Of a stretch of DNA of 64,000 bases, positions 1 through 8,826 are shown one piece after another. Source of the stretch: a bacterium. GTDB lineage: Bacteria > Sysuimicrobiota > Sysuimicrobiia > Sysuimicrobiales > Segetimicrobiaceae. The notes beneath the pieces were generated by a model. The model worked only from the letters and a program-made list of their open reading frames with translations, was not told where the DNA came from and did no database searches. The position numbers and the translations under genes are program-made. The stretch is from positions 29,061-93,060 of the forward strand of contig DATGHZ010000031.1 in assembly GCA_035307565.1 (NCBI GenBank), written 5' to 3'. Each line of letters starts with the position of its first letter. Within the stretch, counting starts at the first letter, position 1.

Positions 1-333
1 CATCCGCCCCAGCAACTGACCGCGGCGGACGACGACGCCGTTGACCTTCAGGCGTTTCTCGCCGGTCGCCCGATCGACGGCCACCTCGAGCACATCGCCC
101 CGCGGCTCGCGGACCTCGGCGCGCACGTACGCGCGGTCCTGACCGAACCGCACCAACTCCACGTCGGCCGAAGCCCGTGGGCTGCGCCCAAGGGACACGG
201 TGTACACGGCTTCGAGCAGATTGCTCTTGCCCTGGGCGTTCGCGCCGACGAGCGCGGTCATGCCCCGGTCGAACGCAAGATCCAGGTGCGCATAGTTCCG
301 GAAATCGCGGAGCCGCAGTTCAGCGAGCCACAA
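1..333 (-). CDS. recF: DNA replication/repair protein RecF, N-terminal part (3' end lies beyond window start)
   Basis: Minus-strand translation from TTG at 333: LWLAELRLRDFRNYAHLDLAFDRGMTALVGANAQGKSNLLEAVYTVSLGRSP..., Walker A GANAQGKSN. First in-frame start after an upstream TGA. Position after dnaN and yaaA is typical. Confidence 0.8.
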   Translation of the reverse strand, partial: MWLAELRLRDFRNYAHLDLAFDRGMTALVGANAQGKSNLLEAVYTVSLGRSPRASADVELVRFGQDRAYVRAEVREPRGDVLEVAVDRATGEKRLKVNGVVVRRGQLLGRM

Positions 334-577
334 TGACGTATTCCCTTCCGGCCGTGCTGACGCGGTCGCCCGGTGCGAGCTGACGCCCGCGCCGGCGTTC
401 CACGGTGCCGTTCACCCTCACGTCGCCGCTTTGGACCATGTGCTTCGCCCGGCCGCCGGTATCGGCGGCCCCGGCCCACTTCAGGAAGTCGCCCAGGGTG
501 ATCGCGGTGGTCTCGATTGCCACCTCACGCGGCGCCGTCCTACGAGTAGACGCGGACAGGCGCGAGGACATAGACAT
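320..577 (-). CDS. S4-domain RNA-binding protein (YaaA/RlbA-like)
   Basis: Track ORF, 85 aa; ...DFLKWAGAADTGGRAKHMVQSGDVRVNGTVERRRGRQLAPGDRV is an S4 fold motif. Sits between dnaN and recF as yaaA does in Bacillus. Confidence 0.7.
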   Translation of the reverse strand: MSMSSRLSASTRRTAPREVAIETTAITLGDFLKWAGAADTGGRAKHMVQSGDVRVNGTVERRRGRQLAPGDRVSTAGREYVIVAR

Positions 578-1652
578 ATTCCGCGCTGTCCGTCGGGTGA
601 AGCGCTCCGGGGCTGAGCGGTCCCGTCAGATCGAAGTGCACGTCCGGCGCATCGATGTTGGAGAGAGCGTCCATGAGGAACTTGGCGTTGAAGGCAACGG
701 GGATCGGATCGCCCTCGACGCGGACTTCGATATCTTCCTGCGCCTTGCCGACGTCGGGGGTGTTTGAGGTAATCGTGAGCGTTCCCTCCGCGGCGTTCAG
801 CCGGACGACATTGGCCGAATCTCTCGCGGTGATACTGGCCCGCCGAACACCCCGCAGCAGCCGCTCCGTTCCTACCGTAATCCGCTGCTTGTACTCCTTG
901 GGGATCACCTGTTCGTAATTTGGGAATTGGCCGGCGATGAGCCGGGAGACGAACCGCATTCCCGGCAGCGTGAAAATCAATTGATTATCATGTGCCGCGA
1001 CGGACACCTCGTCTTCCACAGATCCGAGCACGCGGACCAACTCGGCCATTGTCTTACTCGGCACGATCGCGGTAATCTTGCCGCGCGCCCCGCCGCTGAG
1101 TTTCGCGCGCCGGACCGCGAGGCGGCCGCCGTCGGTCGCCGCCAGGTGGCCCTGTTCCCCGTCGACGACCAGATACACGCCTGTCAGAAACGGGCGAGTT
1201 TCATCGGTGGACACGGCGAAACTCGTCTGGCGAATCATTGTTCGCAGCAGGCCGGCATCCAACTTGACGACGACATTGCCGTCTCCGGACGGCATCAAGG
1301 GAAAATCCGTCGCCGGCAGGCCGAGGATTTCGAATCGGACGTTTTCCGAGGTAATCGCGGCCTTCGACTCCCCTTCCACCACGATAAAGTCGACAGGCGA
1401 CGGAGGCAGGTTGGTCACGATGTCGGTCAGGATTCGCGCGGGCAGCGTGACGGCACCGCCCTCCTGGACGGTGCCGGCGACATGGGCTTCAATACCGAGT
1501 TCAAGATCGGTCGCGGCCAATTTGGCGCCGTTCTTGGTGGTTTCCACCAGAACGTTGCCGAGAATCGGCATGCTGGCCCGAGGTGAAATTGCGCGGCCAA
1601 CCGTCTGTACCGCCCTCAAGAGATGCTCTTGAGAGCACCGTAGGTGCATCAT
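540..1652 (-). CDS. dnaN: DNA polymerase III beta sliding clamp
   Basis: Track ORF, 370 aa, full-length DnaN-like (MMHLRCSQEHLLRAVQTVGRAISPRASMPILGNVLVE...); directly downstream of dnaA. Confidence 0.95.
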   Translation of the reverse strand: MMHLRCSQEHLLRAVQTVGRAISPRASMPILGNVLVETTKNGAKLAATDLELGIEAHVAGTVQEGGAVTLPARILTDIVTNLPPSPVDFIVVEGESKAAITSENVRFEILGLPATDFPLMPSGDGNVVVKLDAGLLRTMIRQTSFAVSTDETRPFLTGVYLVVDGEQGHLAATDGGRLAVRRAKLSGGARGKITAIVPSKTMAELVRVLGSVEDEVSVAAHDNQLIFTLPGMRFVSRLIAGQFPNYEQVIPKEYKQRITVGTERLLRGVRRASITARDSANVVRLNAAEGTLTITSNTPDVGKAQEDIEVRVEGDPIPVAFNAKFLMDALSNIDAPDVHFDLTGPLSPGALHPTDSAEYVYVLAPVRVYS

Positions 1653-1861
1653 GCCCTCCTACGTAAAAACTCTTCTATAAAGATTCGTCGTAATAGTAGT
1701 AGAACCTGTGGATTATGTGAATATCGGTAGGGATGCGCGTAACGGCGCACTTTTCGGCCTGTGGATAACCATGCCGGGCCTGTATCAGGCACTCGGGCTG
1801 TTATCCCGATTGTACACTGCGAGCGGGAGGGGTGGCGTTGAAGCCCTTATCCGTGCACATG
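1653..1861. other. oriC: oriC segment between dnaA and dnaN: AT-rich unwinding element plus DnaA boxes
   Basis: AT-rich tract taaaaactcttctataaagattcgtcgtaatagtagtagaa (about 1661..1702) in a ~70% GC genome. DnaA-box matches: tgtggatta at 1707..1715, perfect tgtggataa (revcomp TTATCCACA) at 1760..1768, weaker ttatcccga at 1801 and ttatccgtg at 1847. Confidence 0.75.
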
Positions 1862-3271
1862 CTATCCCCGCGCTCCCGGGCGTTCGGTCCGGAAACTATC
1901 CACAAGACTTTGAATGCCGGCGTTGAGATGGGCGTCCTCGCCAAGCGCCTGTTTCACTCGATCGCACGCATGCATGACGGTCGTGTGATCACGGCCACCG
2001 AATTCTTCGCCGATTCGGGGCAGCGAGGCATCGGTCAGTTCGCGACACAGGTACATGGCCACCTGACGGGGGAAGGCCACGCCCTTGGTGCGACGCTTGG
2101 CCTTCATCTCTTCGATGCGGAGCCCGAAGAACTCCGATACGGCGCGCTGGATCGCCGGAATCGTCACCGGACGGATCCGTGCCTGCGGAAGCAGCTCTTT
2201 GAGGACGTCGGCCGCGAGGTCGACGGAAATCGGCGTGCGCGCCATTTCGGCGTGGGCCCGGAGGCGGCTCAGCGCCCCTTCCAGTTCCCGGATGTTCGAC
2301 GAGATGCGCTGCGCGATGTACTGTGCCACCTCGTCGGGTACGGCGATGTGGTCCTTTTCCGCTTTCTTGCGGAGGATGGCCACGCGGGTTTCGTAATCCG
2401 GCGGCTGGATGTCGGCGATGAGGCCCCACTCGAACCGTGAGCGCAGCCGGTCCTCGAGGGTCGGGATCTCACGCGGCGCCCGGTCGCTGCTGATGATGAG
2501 CTGCCGGCTGGACTCGTGGAGCGTGTTGAAGGTGTGGAAAAATTCCTCTTGCGTCCGCTCCTTGCCGGCCAGAAATTGGATGTCGTCGATGGCCAGGACG
2601 TCCACATTTCGGTAGCGGTGGCGGAACTCGACCATGCGGTCATCCCGGATCGCGTTGATCAGGTCGTTGGTAAAGCGCTCCGAGGACACGTACATCACCC
2701 GCGCCGCCGGCGAGTGACTGAGCACATTGTGGCCGATGGCCTGCAACAGGTGGGTTTTGCCGAGCCCCACGCCGCCGTAGATGAACAGCGGGTTGTAGGC
2801 GCGGGCCGGGGCCTCCGCAACGGCTTTCGCCGCCGCGTGCGCGAACCGGTTGCCGGCCCCGACGACGAAGGTATCGAACGTGTATTTGCCGGTCAGCGCG
2901 TGGCGTCCGTCGGCCGGGACGCCGTGGACGGCCGCGCCGGGTATCGCCGCCTCGGCGCGCCGCGCCACATCCACGCCGGCGACCACCCCGGCGCCGTGGC
3001 CGTTGCCGTCGCCGTCGGAGACAACAAACCGAATGTCGACGCCGCGGGTCAATACTTCGCGCAGCGTTTCCGCGATCAGCCCGCGGTAGCGGCCTTCCAG
3101 CCACTCTTTGGCGAACATGCTGGGCACGGAAAACACGAAGACGTCCCGGTCCAACGTCAGCGGCCGCATCGCCTTGAGAAAGGCTTCGAAGCTCGGCTTG
3201 CTGAGCTGGCTTTCGATGCGGGCAAGGGCCTCCTGCCAGACCTGACCCGCGGTGATGCTCTGTACGTCCAT
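1862..3271 (-). CDS. dnaA: Chromosomal replication initiator protein DnaA
   Basis: Track ORF, 469 aa: N-terminal domain, AAA+ Walker A GGVGLGKTHLLQAIG, C-terminal DNA-binding domain (...RTKGVAFPRQVAMYLCRELTD...). Confidence 0.97.
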   Translation of the reverse strand: MDVQSITAGQVWQEALARIESQLSKPSFEAFLKAMRPLTLDRDVFVFSVPSMFAKEWLEGRYRGLIAETLREVLTRGVDIRFVVSDGDGNGHGAGVVAGVDVARRAEAAIPGAAVHGVPADGRHALTGKYTFDTFVVGAGNRFAHAAAKAVAEAPARAYNPLFIYGGVGLGKTHLLQAIGHNVLSHSPAARVMYVSSERFTNDLINAIRDDRMVEFRHRYRNVDVLAIDDIQFLAGKERTQEEFFHTFNTLHESSRQLIISSDRAPREIPTLEDRLRSRFEWGLIADIQPPDYETRVAILRKKAEKDHIAVPDEVAQYIAQRISSNIRELEGALSRLRAHAEMARTPISVDLAADVLKELLPQARIRPVTIPAIQRAVSEFFGLRIEEMKAKRRTKGVAFPRQVAMYLCRELTDASLPRIGEEFGGRDHTTVMHACDRVKQALGEDAHLNAGIQSLVDSFRTERPGARG

Positions 3272-3311
3272 CCGACGGCTCCTCCCTCAGGCCCCCGTGC
3301 CGTGGTGTGCG

Positions 3312-4136
3312 CTACGCTTTGAAAACGGTGCCGAGGAACGCGATACCCTCTTCCGTGAGCGTCCGCTTCCCGGGATCGGCCGTCCCGACGGTGAGCAGAC
3401 GCATGCGCTGCAGCGAGGACAGCTCACGGAAGGCCGTGCTCTGGCTCAGGTTGAGCTCCTTGGCGATGGTGGAGGGCCCGGCCGCTCCAATCTCCGCGAT
3501 CAGCAGAAGAATCTTCTTCTGGCGGTCGGACAGCCGCGCGGCCGCCGCCGCGGCGAAAGGCGGTTCGGCGGCGCGCGTTTCGGGCGCCGCCGTGGAAGGC
3601 GCGGGAGCCTGCGCGGGCGGAGGCCCGACGCGGAGCGTCACGACCGTTCCGGTTCTCAGGTTGTTCTCGATCGTGATCGCGCCCCCGAGAAATCTCAACT
3701 GTTCCTGCGCGACCGGCAGGCCGGAGCCGACGCCCTTGATGAACCGCCGCATCTCACGCGTGGCCGTGGTGAATCCCGGCTCGAAGGCGCGCTGCTTGAC
3801 CTCGTCGGGAATGCCCGGCCCCTGGTCCGAGATCCGGATGGTGTTGCCGTCGTCCATGACCGTGACCACGGCGTCCTTGAAGTACGCGTGGATCAAGTTT
3901 TCCACGATCTCCTTGATGACGACGAAGGGAATGCGGCCGCCTCGTTCGCGCGCGTACCCGTGCGTGCGTGCCGACAACTCGCCGATGAGCTGATTGAAGT
4001 CCTCAGAAGAGAGCGAGACGACCTGCGGCGGTGCGAGCGGCGAATCGTAAATCGCGACGCGAACCTCGGGCGCCTGTGCCTCGGCCGGCGTCCCTTCCCC
4101 CTGTTGAGACACGAGTCGCAGGAAGACGTCCTGCAT
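3312..4136 (-). CDS. Uncharacterised GHKL-type (histidine-kinase-like) ATPase fused to a C-terminal winged HTH; sits between the oriC DnaA-box cluster and dnaA
   Basis: Track ORF, 274 aa. N box KEIVENLIHAYF, G1 DQGPGIP, G2 GVGSGLPVAQ, G3 RTGTVVTLR; no DHp/HisKA domain. Ala/Pro linker, then HTH LSDRQKKILLLIAEIGAAGPSTIAKELNLSQSTAFRELSSLQRMRLL. Stop is 40 nt upstream of the dnaA start. Confidence 0.7.
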   Translation of the reverse strand: MQDVFLRLVSQQGEGTPAEAQAPEVRVAIYDSPLAPPQVVSLSSEDFNQLIGELSARTHGYARERGGRIPFVVIKEIVENLIHAYFKDAVVTVMDDGNTIRISDQGPGIPDEVKQRAFEPGFTTATREMRRFIKGVGSGLPVAQEQLRFLGGAITIENNLRTGTVVTLRVGPPPAQAPAPSTAAPETRAAEPPFAAAAAARLSDRQKKILLLIAEIGAAGPSTIAKELNLSQSTAFRELSSLQRMRLLTVGTADPGKRTLTEEGIAFLGTVFKA

Positions 4137-4360
4137 TTACTCGGTTCCCCCGCGTGCGCACGGGTAGATTGGCGGCATGCCAGTGCTCTCCTTTTACTCC
4201 GGCTGTAGGTCGCACGCTTTCCGTACGTGCCGCTGACATGCCGCGATGCAGTTGACTCTGTGGAGAGCGGACCGGTGTGTTTTCGGCGGTTGGGCGCGAT
4301 GCTTGTCGCGGACGCGGTGTACAGCGTGTGTACTATGCGGACAACGGGCGGTGGAGCGCG

Positions 4361-4514
4361 TTGTCCACAGGTGTGGAAAAGATTGTGGATAATGGAAACC
4401 GACTCCTGCCGTCTTGCCGAAAAGTTACGACAACCCATCACGGAATCGTTACGACGCGCATCCCAGGCGATGCCCGGCCGGCGCAACTGTGGATAAGTAC
4501 CCCAACTATCCACA
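4361..4514. promoter_or_regulatory. oriC: DnaA-box cluster (upstream oriC module and dnaA-operon promoter region)
   Basis: ttgtccaca 4361..4369; tgtggaaaa 4372..4380; perfect tgtggataa 4384..4392; perfect tgtggataa 4488..4496; ctatccaca 4506..4514. The perfect boxes are reverse complements of TTATCCACA; the others have 1 mismatch. Confidence 0.8.
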
Positions 4515-4674
4515 GGTTATCAGCAGTTGCGCGAAAGCCTGACTTTCAAGCGCCGGCGGGCGGGTTTAGGGGGTGACAGAATCATTGAGCAATTACACCG
4601 CGGGGCGAGTTCGTGGACGGCCCAGGGCCAGTGTGTTATAGTCATTTGGTCCATAGGAGTGGAGGAGTCGCAGC

Positions 4675-4812
4675 GTGAAGCGGACGTTTCAGCCGAACCG
4701 CCGGCGCCGCGCCCGGACGCATGGGTTCCGGGCGAGGATGCGGACGCCCGGAGGTCGCAATGTGCTCCGCCGGCGCCGCCAGCGCGGCCGGCGCCGTCTC
4801 TCGCCCGCCTAG
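4675..4812 (+). CDS. rpmH: 50S ribosomal protein L34
   Basis: GTG start with RBS ggaggag 8 nt upstream; [45 protein letters not shown]; 45 aa, too short for the ORF track. Confidence 0.93.
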   Translation: MKRTFQPNRRRRARTHGFRARMRTPGGRNVLRRRRQRGRRRLSPA

Positions 4813-4832
4813 GCCGGCGGTCGCGGGCCGCG

Positions 4833-5189
4833 ATGTGCGCTCTTTCCGCGCGTCGCGCCCGGCTTGTGACGAGGGCGGATTTTTCGCGAGTGTACCGTGA
4901 AGGCCGCCGCTACCCTGGGGACATCCTGGTTCTCTACGTCAGACCCACGGAGGGCGGACGCCGCGTCGGGGTGACGGCCGGCCGTCGGCTCGGCGGCGCG
5001 GTTGTGCGGAATCGCGCCAAACGGCGGTTACGCGAGGCCTTTTGGCGTATCGAGCCCCGGCTGCAAGGCCACGGCGACGTCGTACTGGTGGCGCGCACCG
5101 CCGCGGCGGCGGCACCGTTCGAGGACATCATGTGCGAGATGGAAGCGCTCTGCGCGGCAGGGCGGCTGTTGTGCGCGGACGCGACATAG
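4833..5189 (+). CDS. rnpA: Ribonuclease P protein component
   Basis: Internal ATG in track ORF 4527..5189: [70 protein letters not shown]... (RnpA RNR motif); follows rpmH. Confidence 0.88.
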   Translation: MCALSARRARLVTRADFSRVYREGRRYPGDILVLYVRPTEGGRRVGVTAGRRLGGAVVRNRAKRRLREAFWRIEPRLQGHGDVVLVARTAAAAAPFEDIMCEMEALCAAGRLLCADAT

Positions 5190-5194
5190 GACGC

Positions 5195-5455
5195 ATGGCC
5201 GGGGTCGGGGCGATCCGCTGGTACCAGCGTTGGATCTCGCCGCATCTCGCGCCGTCATGCCGGTTCTTCCCCTCATGCTCTGAATATGCCACCGGGGCGG
5301 TCGAGGGCCACGGCCTCCTGAGGGGCGGGTGGCTCGCCGTGCGCCGCCTTCTGCGCTGCCATCCGTTCCATCCAGGCGGCTACGACCCCGTGCCGCCGCA
5401 CCCGGAGGAGACACCGGAGCGCCGTACCGATCCAGGGAGGCCGAGCGTTGTTTAA
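5195..5455 (+). CDS. yidD: Membrane protein insertion efficiency factor YidD
   Basis: Internal ATG in track ORF 5042..5455: [67 protein letters not shown] (YidD/DUF37 signature). Confidence 0.88.
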   Translation: MAGVGAIRWYQRWISPHLAPSCRFFPSCSEYATGAVEGHGLLRGGWLAVRRLLRCHPFHPGGYDPVPPHPEETPERRTDPGRPSVV

Positions 5456-6251
5456 GTTGCTTGGCCCGATCATCAACGTCCTGGCCGCGGTGCTCGCCGC
5501 GCTCCATGGATTCACGCATGACTACACGCTGTCGATCGTGCTGCTCACGCTGATCGTGAAGGCCGTCATTCATCCGCTCACTCGCGTCCAACTGCGCTCG
5601 ATGAAGGCGATGCAGGTCCTCACGCCTCACATGGAGGTGCTGCGCCGCAAGCATAAAGAGGACCCTAAGACGCTGAACCAAGAGATGATGGCTCTCTACC
5701 GCGCCCACAACGTCAACCCCATGATGGGCTGCCTGCCGATGCTCGTGCAGATGCCGGTGCTGTGGGGCCTGTTCAGCCTGCTCTCGCGCCGCGACTTGTT
5801 CGGGACGGCGACCGTCATCGGCATGCCGTGGCTCGGCATGGCGGAACGGCCGATGGGGCGTGTGCTCCAGGCGCTGCCGCAGCACCATCCGGTCTACCTG
5901 CTCGCGCTCATCTTTCCGCTGCTCGTCGGCCTGACGACCTGGTATCAGCAGAAGATGAGCGTCACCGATCCGACGCAGGCGCGGATGTTCGTCTTCATGC
6001 CGATCATGTTCGGCTACTTCGCGCTCAACTACGCCGTCGGACTCTCCATCTACTGGATCGTCTCGACGGCGGCCTACATCGGCGAGTACTTTCTCGTTGT
6101 GGGCCGGCCGCATCCGATGGTGACGGCGCCGCCGAAATCGCAGACGGTCGCGCAGGCGCGCTCGGCGGCGACGCCGGTTCAGGCGGCCGGCAAAACCAAC
6201 GCCCGCCGCCGCCGCGCGCAGCGAGACCAGAAGGGGGCGAAACAGGCGTGA
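5448..6251 (+). CDS. yidC: Membrane protein insertase YidC/Oxa1 family (short Gram-positive form)
   Basis: Track ORF, 267 aa, TTG start, multi-TM; ...[25 protein letters not shown]...; follows rnpA-yidD. Confidence 0.9.
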   Translation: MFKLLGPIINVLAAVLAALHGFTHDYTLSIVLLTLIVKAVIHPLTRVQLRSMKAMQVLTPHMEVLRRKHKEDPKTLNQEMMALYRAHNVNPMMGCLPMLVQMPVLWGLFSLLSRRDLFGTATVIGMPWLGMAERPMGRVLQALPQHHPVYLLALIFPLLVGLTTWYQQKMSVTDPTQARMFVFMPIMFGYFALNYAVGLSIYWIVSTAAYIGEYFLVVGRPHPMVTAPPKSQTVAQARSAATPVQAAGKTNARRRRAQRDQKGAKQA

Positions 6252-7081
6252 ACTCAGCGGAGGGCGCGGGACGCACGGTCGAAGAGGCCATCCGCAACGC
6301 GCTGCGCACGCTCGGCGCACGGCGCGAGGACGTGGACCTCATGGTGCTCGATGAGGGCAGCCGGGGCGTGCTCGGGCTGGGCGCCCGGGAGGCGCGCGTC
6401 CGGCTGACACTCCTGTCGGCCATCGAATCCGGCGAAGTCGAGGAGACCGCGCCGGCCCGGCCCGAAACCGGCGACGGCGCCGACGCCGTCGCCGTGGCCC
6501 GGCGGGTGACAGCCTCCCTCGTCGACGCGATGGGCATGGGCGCCTCCGTGGCGGCGCGAGAAGAGGATGGCGGCGTGCGCGTCACCGTGAGCGGCCCGCA
6601 GCTCGCGCCGCTCATCGGCCGCCACGGCCAGACGCTCGAGGCGCTCGATCTCCTGGTCAACCTGATGACGGCGCGGCAGCTCGGCCGCCGCGTCCCGGTC
6701 GCGGTGGATGCCGAGCGGTATCGTGAGCGGCGCCGCGAGGCCCTGGAGGCGCTCACCCTCCGCGTCGCCGGCCGAGTCCGGCGCAGTGGCCGTCCCGCGC
6801 CGCTCGACCCGATGCCCGCCTCAGAGCGGCGCTTTGTCCATACGCTGCTCGCCGACGATTCTCAACTCACGACGTACAGCGAAGGCGACGGTCCCGAACG
6901 GCACATTGTGATCGCGCCGAGAAGCGGCGTCGCGGAGGATGCCGCCGGCCGCGACCCCGCCCGCCGCCCGCAGCGCCGCACACCGGCACGCGCTACCGCG
7001 CGTGTCGCGCCGCCGGTCGAGTCTCCCGCCGCCGCCGGCGCGGACCTGGACGAGGACGCCGCGGAGGACACCGGCCGCTAA
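6248..7081 (+). CDS. jag: Jag/KhpB RNA-binding protein (Jag_N, KH, R3H) with an acidic/Ala-rich C-terminal tail
   Basis: GTG at 6248 overlaps the yidC stop (GTGA). [53 protein letters not shown]..., R3H-like ...FVHTLLADDSQLTTYSEGDGPERHIVIA... Same frame as track ORF 5762..7081. Confidence 0.85.
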   Translation: MNSAEGAGRTVEEAIRNALRTLGARREDVDLMVLDEGSRGVLGLGAREARVRLTLLSAIESGEVEETAPARPETGDGADAVAVARRVTASLVDAMGMGASVAAREEDGGVRVTVSGPQLAPLIGRHGQTLEALDLLVNLMTARQLGRRVPVAVDAERYRERRREALEALTLRVAGRVRRSGRPAPLDPMPASERRFVHTLLADDSQLTTYSEGDGPERHIVIAPRSGVAEDAAGRDPARRPQRRTPARATARVAPPVESPAAAGADLDEDAAEDTGR

Positions 7082-7088
7082 TTCAACC

Positions 7089-7787
7089 ATGGCGCCGTCC
7101 GCGCCGGCGATTCCCGCGGCGGCCGCCGGACTCGGTCTTTCGCTCTCGCAAACCCAGCACGATCTCCTCGATCGGTACCTCGCGCTGGTCGAAGAATGGC
7201 GCCCGCGCCTGCGCCTGACCGGCGTGGCCCGCGATGAGACCGCCGCGGTGCTCGTCGCGGGTGCCCTTTGTGTGCTGCGGTTCCTACCGGAGTCGGGCCA
7301 TCTGGTGGATCTTGGGAGCGGTGCCGGGGTGCCCGGTATCCCGGTCGCCGTGGTTCGTCCCGGGTTGCGTGTTCTGCTGGCCGAGGCGACGCAGAAGAAA
7401 GCCGCGTTCCTCGGTATCGCCGTACGGTCGCTCGGGCTCTCCAGCGTCGCGGTCGCGGCGGCACGCGCCGAGGATCTCGGCCGCGATCTCGCGCACCGCG
7501 CCAGGTATGACGCGGTGACGGCGCGGGCGCTCGCGCCGGTGCGCGTGCTCGTAGAGTACGCGTTGCCCCTGTTGCGCGTGGGTGGTGTGGCGGTGCTGCC
7601 GAAGGGCCGCGGCGCGGAGGGCGAAGTCCGCGCCGCGGCCCGGGCGTTAGACCTGCTCGGCGGCGCGGCCGTCGTGCAGGCCCCGCCCGCCGGATTTTGC
7701 TCCCCGATTGTGGTCGTCCGGAAGATCGCGTCGACGCCCGACGATTACCCGCGCCGTGCCGGGGCACCGGCGCGGCGGCCCTTGTGA
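7089..7787 (+). CDS. rsmG: 16S rRNA (guanine527-N7)-methyltransferase RsmG (GidB)
   Basis: Internal ATG in track ORF 6939..7787: MAPSAPAIPAAAAGLGLSLSQTQHDLLDRYLALVEEWRPRLRLTG...LVDLGSGAGVPGIPVAV (SAM-binding motif). Confidence 0.9.
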   Translation: MAPSAPAIPAAAAGLGLSLSQTQHDLLDRYLALVEEWRPRLRLTGVARDETAAVLVAGALCVLRFLPESGHLVDLGSGAGVPGIPVAVVRPGLRVLLAEATQKKAAFLGIAVRSLGLSSVAVAAARAEDLGRDLAHRARYDAVTARALAPVRVLVEYALPLLRVGGVAVLPKGRGAEGEVRAAARALDLLGGAAVVQAPPAGFCSPIVVVRKIASTPDDYPRRAGAPARRPL

Positions 7788-7839
7788 ATATCTAACAGTA
7801 TCACCATATATACATCTATTTCCAAACGCGCGGCGGCCG

Positions 7840-8826
7840 GTGCCGAAGCCAAACGGATGTCGCGAGGCCGCGACCGGAGGATTTCGCCGCCGGTCTCGGG
7901 AACACGTCCTCGATCGCAGCACCGTCAAATGGCCAGAGATCGCACTTTGCGACGCAGCATACAGGAGCCAGCGTACGGCGCACGCGTTTGCGATCGTGAA
8001 TCAGAAGGGCGGCGTCGGCAAGTCCACCACCGCCGTCAACCTCGGTGCCTCCCTCGCATCCCTCGGGCATCGCGTCCTCATCGTCGACATGGATCCGCAG
8101 GGCAACGCCACGAGCGGCGTCGGGGTGAACAAAGCGGCGCTCGACTCGGGTACGTACGACGCGGTGGTGCTGGACACGCTCATGGCCGGCGTGATCGTGG
8201 CCACCCCAACCGAGCGGCTCGATATTGTCCCCGCGGACGCGCGCCTCGCGGCCGCGGAGGTGGAACTCGTGCCGCGGATCGGTCGTGAGCTGAAGCTCAA
8301 AGCCGCGCTCGCGCCGGTACTGGACCGCTACGACGTCGTTCTGATCGACTGCCCGCCTTCGCTCGGCCTGCTGACCGTGAACGCGCTCGCGGCGGCGGCG
8401 GCCTGTTTGATTCCGGTGCAGTGCGAGTACTACGCGCTCGAGGGTCTGACTCAGCTGCGTGAGACGATCGGGCTCGTGCGGCGCCACCTTAATCCCGGCC
8501 TGCGCGTGGCGGGCGTGCTGCTCACGATGGTGGACCCACGCACGAAGCTTTCGGATCAGGTGGGCGCGGAGGTCCGCCGCCACTTTGGCGATCTGGTATT
8601 CCACACGGAGGTTCCCAGGAGTGTGCGCCTCGCGGAGGCGCCCAGTTTCGGGCAGCCCGTCATCGCGTATGCGCCCGGCTCCCGCGGCGCGGGTGCCTAC
8701 GCGGCACTGGCGCTCGAGGTCGCCGAGCGCCTCGCTCTCGATCGGCGGGACGCTCACGCCGGCGCTGCGCCGTCGCCTGTGCCGGCGATCCACGCATCCG
8801 GTTCGCGGAGGGACGATCATGATTAA
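7840..8826 (+). CDS. parA: Chromosome partitioning ATPase ParA/Soj (start uncertain)
   Basis: Frame of track ORF 7708..8826; deviant Walker A NQKGGVGKSTTAVNLGASLA. No start codon lies between GTG 7840 and the conserved AFAIVNQKGG, so the product has about 50 extra N-terminal residues and a C-terminal tail. The ATG at 7708 would overlap rsmG by 80 nt. Confidence 0.8.
   Translation: MPKPNGCREAATGGFRRRSREHVLDRSTVKWPEIALCDAAYRSQRTAHAFAIVNQKGGVGKSTTAVNLGASLASLGHRVLIVDMDPQGNATSGVGVNKAALDSGTYDAVVLDTLMAGVIVATPTERLDIVPADARLAAAEVELVPRIGRELKLKAALAPVLDRYDVVLIDCPPSLGLLTVNALAAAAACLIPVQCEYYALEGLTQLRETIGLVRRHLNPGLRVAGVLLTMVDPRTKLSDQVGAEVRRHFGDLVFHTEVPRSVRLAEAPSFGQPVIAYAPGSRGAGAYAALALEVAERLALDRRDAHAGAAPSPVPAIHASGSRRDDHD

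Noticed and set aside
3841-3925. Weak DnaA-box-like sequence (gtggatcaag) inside the GHKL-HTH coding region
   Set aside because: Two mismatches to the consensus and isolated; not counted as part of the origin.
5028-6320. 430-aa minus-strand ORF
   Set aside because: Antisense to yidD and yidC; Arg-rich GC artefact. The same applies to 18921..20654, 23570..25360, 42689..44011, 46909..48573 and 27645..28814.
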